Origin: a virus
Lineage: Duplodnaviria > Caudoviricetes
IMG/VR virus record: IMGVR_UViG_3300030397_000841
Location: 1 to 31,163 of that record
DNA length: 31,163 nucleotides
Strand: one strand, 5' to 3'
Numbering within the stretch: position 1 is the stretch's first letter; each line of letters starts with the position of its first letter. The notes under the pieces were generated by a model. It saw only the letters and a list, made by a program, of their open reading frames with translations, had not been told where the DNA came from and ran no database searches. Positions 7,958 to 15,917 of this stretch are shown here, one piece after another. A program made the position numbers and the translations under genes.

Positions 7958-10661
7958 GGGCTACATTATACCTGTATTTGGCTACTGGCGAATCTAATGG
8001 GCACACACAAGGACCGCAATTAGGGCACACCCCTATTAGTTCACCATTATCAACATAAGTTCGTTCTATAGAATTGCTGAAGCATTTATCACACTCCAGA
8101 GGGTCATCTTTCATGCCATAGGTGCCATAATGAGTGCCAATCTCAAAATCTGCCTTGAGAGGCACCTTCAGCCATCTGAAATTTACAGATGGCATAAATT
8201 TTTTGGCATACTGAGGCACATTTTCCATTATTTCTTTCTGCAAAGCCATAACAGCTGTCAACTCGCCTGGATATATATCTGTGACCAGGGAATCATGCAC
8301 TGTGTTCACCAACTTACTCTTCATCTTCTGTTCTTGCATCTTGCGGTGAATTATTATCATAGCTACCATCAAAGTATCTGAGGCAGCGCCCTGTATGGGC
8401 ATATTAACAGCTGTACGTTTTGCATCATTGGCAATGGCATCTATGTTGCTTGTGATGTCTGGCAACTTCAGCCTTCTGCCAAATGGCGATTCCACATATC
8501 CATTAGACTTGAGGAATTTTATAGTTCTGGTATGATAACCGTGCAATTCGGGGAAAGCGGCAAAATACAGTTCAGTTATGCGCTGAGCTTCTGATTCGGA
8601 TAAGCCATTGATGCGATACAATCTGTACAAAGTCCACCAATTGCCCAGATACAACAAGCTCCAGTTACACCACTTGCCTCTATATCTTTCGAACTTGGTA
8701 ATCTCGGATTCCGGCTTTCGATAAATAAGAGACGACACATATCTGTGAACATCTCCTCCCCTGTTGAACACATCCACCATTCCCTGTATGCCTGCAACCG
8801 AAGCCATAACTCTCAACTCCATACCGCTATAGTCTGTCATGAGCAGGCAACCGCCTTTCCAGGTATGTGTGAAAGCATTCTTAACTGGTAAGTATTGTAA
8901 TACTGTGCCAGGATTCTTCTCTACTGCTGGAATATTTTGCAAATTGGGTCGACTCGAGGCAATTCTGCCAGTCTTGGCGCCACCTAGTGTGTAGGTGCTT
9001 CTTACTCTGCCATCCGGCTGATACCAGTCTTTGGCCTCATTGAGCATAGCATTGAACGTTTTCGACAAACAGGTCGATAGCAATTTCCAATGCAGGTAAT
9101 TCTTCAAGAAATTTGTATCTTCTCCTGCATTGTCAAGATCAAACTCTAATTCCTTCAAAGTGTCTTGCTTTATGGAAGGATTGCCTGTTGGTGTTCTAGC
9201 CAGTACAACATAATTCTTCCTGTCATACAATATCTCGCCTAATTGTTGCGAAGAGTTAGGATTGAACTTGAATATCTGCCTCTTAGCTCTTTTGGTTTTC
9301 TTGGCATGTTCAGCATCCAACTCGGCCTGCCGGCAGTGCACATAGTCAGCAACTTCCGGATCTTCTAATAATTTCACATATACTTGATCTTTTATGTGCT
9401 CATATATGGCTTTGTATCTGTGAATGATGCCATAGTCTAACTTGAATCCTGTACTTTCTATAACGCCCAACACATAATCTGCAGGTACTATCATCTGCTC
9501 ATACAACGATTGCTGGGCTGGAGTTAATTGACTGAATAAGTTGCTGTGCAACATCCAAGTGGCTGCCACATCTTTGCCTCCATAGGGCAATAAAATGTCC
9601 AAAGGTATGTTGCCATAATTTCCGCCTGTGTCATAATTAGCTTCATCATGGTCGGCTATATAGTCCTGCAATTCTTTGTCATAGTCGAACATACCTAAAT
9701 GCAAGCCAGCTAGTCTTTTCAGCCCATGCTCTTTGTAATGAGCATTCAATAACCTGGACAAATGAAAAGTGTCGCCAAACTGAAGAAAATCTATGCCCAA
9801 CAACCGCCTGGTAAGTTTGCAATCGAATTTGGTGTGGGTTATTATTCTGCAATTGTTAAGTACTTTACCCAATATAGCCTCAACGGCAACTAATTCATCA
9901 TTTGTCCACCAGGCTTCTTGATGATGTAACGGAAATGACCAAGCCTTAGATCCATTCGCAAACGCAATGGAAATAACATCATTATCTTCCGCCATTTCTT
10001 CCTTGCGAATGGTCTCGATATCATATGCGACCAATTCATCAGACGACAGAAGTTCCTCTGCCATTTCTTCCAATTCATCTACATATTCCGGATAGATGTA
10101 CTCATAGTCGGCATCTGCTGCTTTGAATTTCTTACCTTCTGCAGCATCTTTGGCCTTCTCTAAGGCATCAAACCATTCTGCCAGTAGATCCTCTCTGCCT
10201 CCATTACGTAAAATGTATGCAGGATGATAGGCTGGCACATAGGTATGATCTTCTCTGTCCACAACTTGACCATTGTAATTGGTAATGCCAGACACACCCA
10301 ATACGGACTTAAGCGGAGCATTGCCCATCAACATGATTACATCTGGGGCATACTGCTCTATTTCTTCCTGCAACAACTCGGAACAGCACGATATTTCTTT
10401 TGTGTTCGGAGTGCGATTATTGGGCGGCCTGCATCTGACAGAATTGGTAAATCTGACCATATGCTGCATATCCAATATGTCAAGAGCCTCTCTAAGTAAT
10501 TGACCAGAACGTCCTGCAAACGGCTTGCCCTGTTCATCTTCTTGCGCTCCTGGTGCTTCTCCCACGATTAAAATGCTGGGATATTCGGCTCCATTACCTT
10601 CCATGAATGGTGTTAGGCACCCTTGCTTATGCAATTTACACTTCAGGCATACATCATACAT
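7944..10661 (-). CDS. polA: family A DNA polymerase with N-terminal family-4 uracil-DNA glycosylase domain, 3'-5' exonuclease and C-terminal Cys cluster (start revised to MYDVCLKC)
   Basis: UDG: CLKC, IVGEAPGAQED..GKPF.GRSG.LL, TNSVRCRPPNNRTP, YHPAYILR. Exo: YDIET, KFD, YGGKD. Pol: TGRIASSRPNLQNIP, DYSGMELR, VHDS. ATG overlaps the upstream TAA. Confidence 0.95.
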   Translation of the reverse strand: MYDVCLKCKLHKQGCLTPFMEGNGAEYPSILIVGEAPGAQEDEQGKPFAGRSGQLLREALDILDMQHMVRFTNSVRCRPPNNRTPNTKEISCCSELLQEEIEQYAPDVIMLMGNAPLKSVLGVSGITNYNGQVVDREDHTYVPAYHPAYILRNGGREDLLAEWFDALEKAKDAAEGKKFKAADADYEYIYPEYVDELEEMAEELLSSDELVAYDIETIRKEEMAEDNDVISIAFANGSKAWSFPLHHQEAWWTNDELVAVEAILGKVLNNCRIITHTKFDCKLTRRLLGIDFLQFGDTFHLSRLLNAHYKEHGLKRLAGLHLGMFDYDKELQDYIADHDEANYDTGGNYGNIPLDILLPYGGKDVAATWMLHSNLFSQLTPAQQSLYEQMIVPADYVLGVIESTGFKLDYGIIHRYKAIYEHIKDQVYVKLLEDPEVADYVHCRQAELDAEHAKKTKRAKRQIFKFNPNSSQQLGEILYDRKNYVVLARTPTGNPSIKQDTLKELEFDLDNAGEDTNFLKNYLHWKLLSTCLSKTFNAMLNEAKDWYQPDGRVRSTYTLGGAKTGRIASSRPNLQNIPAVEKNPGTVLQYLPVKNAFTHTWKGGCLLMTDYSGMELRVMASVAGIQGMVDVFNRGGDVHRYVSSLIYRKPESEITKFERYRGKWCNWSLLYLGNWWTLYRLYRINGLSESEAQRITELYFAAFPELHGYHTRTIKFLKSNGYVESPFGRRLKLPDITSNIDAIANDAKRTAVNMPIQGAASDTLMVAMIIIHRKMQEQKMKSKLVNTVHDSLVTDIYPGELTAVMALQKEIMENVPQYAKKFMPSVNFRWLKVPLKADFEIGTHYGTYGMKDDPLECDKCFSNSIERTYVDNGELIGVCPNCGPCVCPLDSPVAKYRYNVAHGIL

Positions 10662-11263
10662 TATGGCAAAACTGGAATAATAAGGTTCAATAATCGGCCC
10701 AACTGTGCTTGTTCCGAACCTGTGCCTGCAAATATAGTGCAATCGACATTATCATATTCATCGTTAAATTTCTTCAGATAGGCAACTCTCAACTTATCCC
10801 AGGTAATCATATTCTCCTCTTGGTCTTCATAAGGTCTGGATCTATCAACAAGAAATAGCATGGTCGGCTGTTCTTGTCCTATATTGCACCAAGCACTATG
10901 TTCCAACTTCAGTGCATTATCTAACATCACAGGATCCGCACCATACACTACACCGTACACCCAGGTGGACCACCAAAATCTGTCCAATATGACAGTCTGC
11001 CCAGTTTGTAAGTATTCCTGAATAGGTCCATAAATGGCTTCGATATGTGCAGTTATGTGCAACAGCTGTAAGCACTCCGGAGGCACATTACCATTAATGC
11101 CATACTTCTCCATATTGTGGTGAAGATCATAAATGTGAGCACCTAGTGTTCCGGACTGCCTGCCCGGAAATGCATAATATTTCGCACCTAATTCTTCGCA
11201 CAACCCTTTGGCCAGGGTGGTCTTACCTACATTGTCCGGACCTTCCAACACTATTAAAGTCAT
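10661..11263 (-). CDS. tmk: thymidylate (dTMP) kinase family protein
   Basis: IVLEGPDNVGKTT P-loop, FPG, VILDRFWWSTWVYG. Confidence 0.85.
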   Translation of the reverse strand: MTLIVLEGPDNVGKTTLAKGLCEELGAKYYAFPGRQSGTLGAHIYDLHHNMEKYGINGNVPPECLQLLHITAHIEAIYGPIQEYLQTGQTVILDRFWWSTWVYGVVYGADPVMLDNALKLEHSAWCNIGQEQPTMLFLVDRSRPYEDQEENMITWDKLRVAYLKKFNDEYDNVDCTIFAGTGSEQAQLGRLLNLIIPVLP

Positions 11264-11628
11264 ATGCTTCTCCTCCTCTTATACACCCCAGAAATTGTCA
11301 CAGGATGCCTCTTCTTGGGTATGGGTGTTCTTGTTCTCTTAGTAGTTATGTCTTTTATGGGCATATATGCATGTAAATATACTGCATCTACAATGGACCA
11401 CTTAACTCGTTCCACTTCCATATCTTCGCCCATGCCTATCGAAAGCCTGTTATTAGGATGAATGGAAATCTTTCTCGGCCAACAGCCCTTAAATCTGAAT
11501 CTATAGGCTGCCAATGCAGCAAGCATATTGCTGAGAATATCCATCTCGTCGAAAATTATCAAGTAATACAACTGCTCATCTGCCATGTTCAATCTGGCAC
11601 TCTGGTGTTTGTGCTTTTTGTCTGTCAT
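11260..11628 (-). CDS. hypothetical protein, basic C-terminus
   Basis: ORF overlaps the tmk start (ATGA coupling). Confidence 0.6.
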   Translation of the reverse strand: MTDKKHKHQSARLNMADEQLYYLIIFDEMDILSNMLAALAAYRFRFKGCWPRKISIHPNNRLSIGMGEDMEVERVKWSIVDAVYLHAYMPIKDITTKRTRTPIPKKRHPVTISGVYKRRRSI

Positions 11629-11634
11629 AATATA

Positions 11635-12519
11635 TTAAACTAGTCCCTCGGGCGGGTTATATTTCATCCGCGGACGTCCTTCTTTCAACCTTGTTCGCAT
11701 GTATTTGTCAAACTCGCATAAGGAATGCTCTATGTCTCGCATCTCCAGTGCTGGCACATGATATTCCAAGTAGTCGGGAGACATATCCAACAGCTCTCTC
11801 ATCGCTTGCACATACTCATGCGATTTCATTGATTTCTTGACAAATTTAGTTCCTTGCTTCGCGGACACAGCATGCCCTAGCAATCTGTTTATGCCACGCA
11901 TTGCTCCTGGTCCAGGATTTGCCCAAGTCATTATATCGGATGCTGTATTCAGATATCGAGTGTGTCTAAGGTCCGTCACCACTTCATACGATAAGAAAGG
12001 GCCAAACCCTGGCGTGTTGCTGCAAATTCTCTTAAATGCGCCCTCTAGTGTGTCTGATGCCTCATATGGCTCGAACTTCTCTATGTTATCCCACAATGGA
12101 GTGAGAACCTTATGTACCACTTGAGTTATTTTGTCTCCTCCTAGTGTGCCTGTAAGCATATGCGCATTGGTGAATATTCTCTTGCCTTTTGCTTTTCTTT
12201 CTCGAAGTAGTTTCTCAACTTTGTGCGGATCCCAATGCTCAGTGTACCCTATTGCCGCAGCCGTTTCTAACCAATTAAATTGACGATACAGGCAGATATT
12301 GAAAAATAATTCCTCATGGTCTGCATAAGGCTTGCGCCAATTTTCCCTAAGCCATATGGTGCCGGTGTCCAATTCTCTGAAAACGTTGGTGAATGAATAG
12401 GTTTGTAATATTTCATCATCGGTCCATGGCCATGGCTCTTTGTGCACCTTATATTTCAGATAGATCATGTGTCGCTCATTTATCCAATAGAAAAATAAGT
12501 CCAACATTTCTTGTATCAT
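11635..12519 (-). CDS. aGPT-Pplase1 family protein (5-hmdU DNA kinase helical domain), DNA base hypermodification
   Basis: ERH.IY...PWTDD.ILQ.YSFTNVFRELD.GT.W, R.FN..ET, GFGPFLSYEVVTDL, NPGPGA.RG..RL, DIEHSLCEFDKY.R...GRPR..Y. Confidence 0.85.
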   Translation of the reverse strand: MIQEMLDLFFYWINERHMIYLKYKVHKEPWPWTDDEILQTYSFTNVFRELDTGTIWLRENWRKPYADHEELFFNICLYRQFNWLETAAAIGYTEHWDPHKVEKLLRERKAKGKRIFTNAHMLTGTLGGDKITQVVHKVLTPLWDNIEKFEPYEASDTLEGAFKRICSNTPGFGPFLSYEVVTDLRHTRYLNTASDIMTWANPGPGAMRGINRLLGHAVSAKQGTKFVKKSMKSHEYVQAMRELLDMSPDYLEYHVPALEMRDIEHSLCEFDKYMRTRLKEGRPRMKYNPPEGLV

Positions 12520-12815
12520 TCGACTGCCTCATCTAATATTCCTAAAGTTTCCAACCACGTCAACTCTCCTGGATTTAATGTTAACCTGCCTTCTTCACTT
12601 AATGTGTGCAAAGTTTTGAACATGCCGAATTTATGATACACTATCCTTGCCGACTCTGCCAAAGTTTCTACTCTGTCTGCTTCACTACCTCCACACCCAG
12701 CAGTGTTAGAATATTCTGTTAATATGGCCTTGTATTCTAGTGGACTAGAAATGCTGAACAGTAATGTCTTCAACATTTCTAATTTAGGCATATTGTGTTC
12801 GTTAATCATCTTCAC
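12516..12815 (-). CDS. hypothetical protein (start uncertain)
   Basis: Overlaps both the kinase and aGPT-Pplase1 genes. Confidence 0.6.
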   Translation of the reverse strand: MKMINEHNMPKLEMLKTLLFSISSPLEYKAILTEYSNTAGCGGSEADRVETLAESARIVYHKFGMFKTLHTLSEEGRLTLNPGELTWLETLGILDEAVE

Positions 12816-13431
12816 AATCCTGAAATAGTTCGCACAACTCGATGTCCAACAATTCCACTATATCCTCAGTTGTATCTTCCTCATATACCTCTAAGACAGT
12901 ATAAGGAATCTTGGCCAATTTTTCACAATTCAGTACCAACAATTCAGCTCTTCTTACCAATCCCACACATTTATCCCACATACTGGCTCTTATCGATTCT
13001 TTGTCAACCTTGCGCCGATTTGCCAATCTCGATAACAAAGCCTCTGCAGGTAGGTTGAAATATAATAGAAGAATCTCCATATTGGGATTCTTCTCGTTGG
13101 CATATCTATTGCACATTTCTATCCATTTAGGGGTGGAAATCATACCATCCACAATCACAATATCTCTGCAATCGGCACATTCCAAAAATGCTGCCTCGGT
13201 GGCTCCTGGGCCAACATTGGCATCTGTGCCCGAATGGTAATTACCTGCCAATCCGCAATTGTCGAACAATGTCCAAAATACTTTGGCTTCTTGCATACCT
13301 TTGCGAGTAGGAACAACTTTTAATTCTTTGTGTTCTTCCGGCTTTCCTTCTACAAATGCCTTGGTGGTGGTAGTTTTGCCGGCAGCACCGCCACCCGCCA
13401 TCAGTAGTGCTATCTGCTTGCTTTGATCCAT
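12802..13431 (-). CDS. P-loop nucleotide kinase of the type associated with hypermodification loci
   Basis: GGGAAGKTTT Walker A, GLAGNY.SGTD, IVIVDG Walker B, LLSRLANR lid motif. Confidence 0.7.
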   Translation of the reverse strand: MDQSKQIALLMAGGGAAGKTTTTKAFVEGKPEEHKELKVVPTRKGMQEAKVFWTLFDNCGLAGNYHSGTDANVGPGATEAAFLECADCRDIVIVDGMISTPKWIEMCNRYANEKNPNMEILLLYFNLPAEALLSRLANRRKVDKESIRASMWDKCVGLVRRAELLVLNCEKLAKIPYTVLEVYEEDTTEDIVELLDIELCELFQDCEDD

Positions 13432-13447
13432 AGTTAACCTTCGAAAG

Positions 13448-13488
13448 TAAGAAATAGTGCCACACAGGTTTCCCCATGTGGCACTATT
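13448..13488 (-). terminator. 12-bp hairpin, probable intrinsic terminator or processing site
   Basis: AATAGTGCCACA (13453-13464) / TGTGGCACTATT (13477-13488), followed by a short U-rich tract on the minus strand. Confidence 0.6.
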
Positions 13489-13514
13489 CTCAGCGCATGC
13501 TATATAATCCCAAC

Positions 13515-14216
13515 TTACCCTTCGGCAACTGCCAACTTGGCTTCTTTCCGGGCAGCGGACGTGGAATATTTCTTCTTGTATTTCTTGATGTCTTCCGCAT
13601 CTCGGACGGCCTGCGAAATGCTCATCATTGTGGTGCGAGGCTCTCCGGTGTCCTCATATTTAATGTCATTATCCTGAGCATACTTGACCTTCTCTTCAAA
13701 TGACATCTTCTGCCAATCCGCTTGCCAGTCCTTATACTCCTGGGTCAGAACCAAATCCCAATAGGCGGCTGTTGCTTTCAACTTTCTTCGGCCTCTGGGT
13801 GCTCCGGCTGATGCCATGAATGCTTCTTTGGAATCGGCCTGCCAGGTGACTTTGCCATTCTTAGCAACCGTTTTGGTAATGAACACGGATTCGCCTTCTC
13901 TCATGAGATCCAGCAGTTCGGCAATGGGACTTTTCTCGGACACTTCCTCCAAGTCAACTCGTTCCGCTCGCTTGCGCCGAGGAGTATCTTCCTCATCATC
14001 GCCCTCATCTTCCGTATCTTCTTCGGCTCTAGGGGCTGCTGTTCGCTTCCGGCGGCGACGTGGTGCCGGTGCCTCTTCTTCCTCTTCCTCAACCTGCGCT
14101 ACAACTTCCTCTTCCTCTTCCTCTTCCTCTTCTTGCTCTTCGACCTGCACGTCCTCTTCTACAATTTCTTCTTCTTCTTTTGGTGATCTTCGTCGGCGTC
14201 GGCGTCTTTCGGCCAT
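13515..14216 (-). CDS. highly charged low-complexity protein with poly-Arg/poly-Glu blocks (start revised to MAERRRR)
   Basis: AAGGAG RBS before the ATG at 14216; alternating RRRR and EEEE tracts, then an apparently folded C-terminal half. Confidence 0.8.
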   Translation of the reverse strand: MAERRRRRRRSPKEEEEIVEEDVQVEEQEEEEEEEEEVVAQVEEEEEEAPAPRRRRKRTAAPRAEEDTEDEGDDEEDTPRRKRAERVDLEEVSEKSPIAELLDLMREGESVFITKTVAKNGKVTWQADSKEAFMASAGAPRGRRKLKATAAYWDLVLTQEYKDWQADWQKMSFEEKVKYAQDNDIKYEDTGEPRTTMMSISQAVRDAEDIKKYKKKYSTSAARKEAKLAVAEG

Positions 14217-14217
14217 T

Positions 14218-14736
14218 TTAATTCTCCTTATCATTTACAAACTTAATTTTGCAAAATGGGCTTTCCAGGCAATTTATACACTCCGGATGGTTTTCCTGGA
14301 ATAATAATCCGAAGCATGGCGGCAAACTGGCCACTCGTTCCTCTGCACAATAAACATACACACTGCATCGTTTGCATGCTGGATCTTCATCATCAGCAAA
14401 GCTGAAACAATCCGGCAATTTAGGTATGTCGTGCTTTTGCTGAAATTCTTTCAGACTCAGCTGTTTTCCATTCAATCCTCCTTGTTTGACAATGTTGCCA
14501 TCATCATCCACATAACCTGCAATATACAAAAAATCTTCCAGTAATAATTCCCCTTTAGATTCTTGTCCTTCTTCTGGGGGATTGGGCACACCGGATTTCT
14601 TCAACTTAGCTGCAATTGCATCAACTAATTTGCGATTGCCCCACCTACTGGTTGGAGATAGTCCTAAGGTTTCTGCCACAAGTACAAGTTCGCTGGCTTT
14701 GAATTCTGATGCTACGTGATCGGTTAAATCTCCCAT
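14218..14736 (-). CDS. hypothetical protein with two tandem Cys4 repeats
   Basis: LPDCF...CKRC...YC and LPPCF...CINC...FC; GAGAGG RBS. Confidence 0.75.
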   Translation of the reverse strand: MGDLTDHVASEFKASELVLVAETLGLSPTSRWGNRKLVDAIAAKLKKSGVPNPPEEGQESKGELLLEDFLYIAGYVDDDGNIVKQGGLNGKQLSLKEFQQKHDIPKLPDCFSFADDEDPACKRCSVYVYCAEERVASLPPCFGLLFQENHPECINCLESPFCKIKFVNDKEN

Positions 14737-14752
14737 TATTCCTCTCTTGAAA

Positions 14753-14767
14753 TATATAACTGGTTTA
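14753..14767 (-). promoter_or_regulatory. putative phage-sigma promoter motif TAAACCAGTTATATA
   Basis: Exact copy of the motif at 6429-6443; intergenic, just upstream of an RBS. Confidence 0.6.
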
Positions 14768-14772
14768 TATTC

Positions 14773-15474
14773 TTAACACAAGAACAATTTCTGTATTCGC
14801 TTGTATGCAAGTTTAACAGCCTTCACATCCTCATTCAATGCTCTGGCAACTATGTAAGGTGTAATCGTAATTACCGAAGGATTGGCATACACCCAATCTT
14901 TCCTTTTGCGCTGTATGTCTATGTACAGCCTGACACGATCATTGTTGCCCAGTACAGCATTTACTACACGTTTGTCGAATTCCGACAATTGGGCCAGTAG
15001 TGTTTTCAACTCCTCTGCTCGCTGTAAGTATATGGCTGGATCTATGGTTTCATAGCTGGCATAGTCGGACATAGATGACATAGTAGAATTGCCGAACTTA
15101 TCAGCAAATGCAACATAACCTGCAGAATCTGTTGCATCGTCATCTTGCATATCTTGAATCTCATCAAGGGACGCCGAATCATACTGCAATTTTCTGTGAG
15201 TGAGCAATGCTTTGTACTTCAGTGTTGCCACCGCATTATTCATGCTGGTTCGGGCCAAAGTTAGAAATTCGTCATAGGGCTTGTCCGCATAAATGGGCAA
15301 TACCTTGGCCAATACATAAAATAGTTCTGCTGCCAGATCCTCTTTGTTGAGTAGCCAATGTCCCTTTACTTCATTGTGATTGGCATACCAATAAATGAAT
15401 TTGGCAAGATCATGATATGCTTGGTGCTCACGTTCTTCAAATGTTTTCTTCTTCAGTCCTTCTTTCTGCTTCAT
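14773..15474 (-). CDS. divergent sigma-factor-like transcription regulator
   Basis: EDLAAEL.. (region 2-like), SLDEI (region 3.2-like), LSEFDKRVV...VARAL....V...YKRI (region 4 HTH-like). Confidence 0.55.
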   Translation of the reverse strand: MKQKEGLKKKTFEEREHQAYHDLAKFIYWYANHNEVKGHWLLNKEDLAAELFYVLAKVLPIYADKPYDEFLTLARTSMNNAVATLKYKALLTHRKLQYDSASLDEIQDMQDDDATDSAGYVAFADKFGNSTMSSMSDYASYETIDPAIYLQRAEELKTLLAQLSEFDKRVVNAVLGNNDRVRLYIDIQRKRKDWVYANPSVITITPYIVARALNEDVKAVKLAYKRIQKLFLC

Positions 15475-15479
15475 ACAAA

Positions 15480-15767
15480 TCAGTCCTCCTGATCTAACAA
15501 GTTAGGATTCTCCTTCCCAGAATCCAGTTTAGCTTGTGCAAACTTACGAAATATTTCTTTTGTGATCCTATCTGCAACTAAATAGTCTCGGCCTTTCTTA
15601 CGCTCTGTAAATAAAAAGGAGTGCCAGATATAGCCTGGCAACTTTCGGGGATCTGAGTCATTCTCCATTGCCTTCAACCACTTAGGCAATGCCGCAAGAG
15701 GGATATTGTCAACTGCTCGCATGTTGGCATCTAGTAATTCATCCCAAAGAGGATCAGTGTTGCTCAT
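15480..15767 (-). CDS. hypothetical protein (start revised to MSNTDPLW)
   Basis: The upstream extension in the ORF track overlaps the tRNA-like RNA, so the ATG at 15767 is preferred. Confidence 0.65.
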   Translation of the reverse strand: MSNTDPLWDELLDANMRAVDNIPLAALPKWLKAMENDSDPRKLPGYIWHSFLFTERKKGRDYLVADRITKEIFRKFAQAKLDSGKENPNLLDQED

Positions 15768-15798
15768 AGTTGTTAAATGTGCCCTTCTTGCTGAATAA

Positions 15799-15897
15799 AG
15801 TCCCTGCGAGGAATCGAACCTCACCACTCCCGAAGGAGCGCACACCCTCACGTCTGAAGGCAGTTGCCCCAGTTCCGTCGAACTGTCTTACAGGGAC
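15799..15897 (-). ncRNA. tRNA-like cloverleaf RNA with tetraloop-capped arms and no anticodon loop
   Basis: Acceptor GUCCCUG/CAGGGAC; CAGUUC-GACG-GAACUG; GCCUUCA-GACG-UGAGGGU; CGCUCC-UUCG-GGAGUG; T arm UGAGG-UUCGAUU-CCUCG. Confidence 0.75.
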
Positions 15898-15917
15898 GTG
15901 TCTTTTATTAAACTAGG

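Noticed and set aside
14074-14180. TCTTCC microsatellite
   Set aside because: Explained by Glu codons of the poly-Glu tract.
15799-15897. Functional tRNA-Sec
   Set aside because: The acceptor stem is 7 bp, the discriminator is U, and the CUUCAGA heptamer has no paired anticodon stem.
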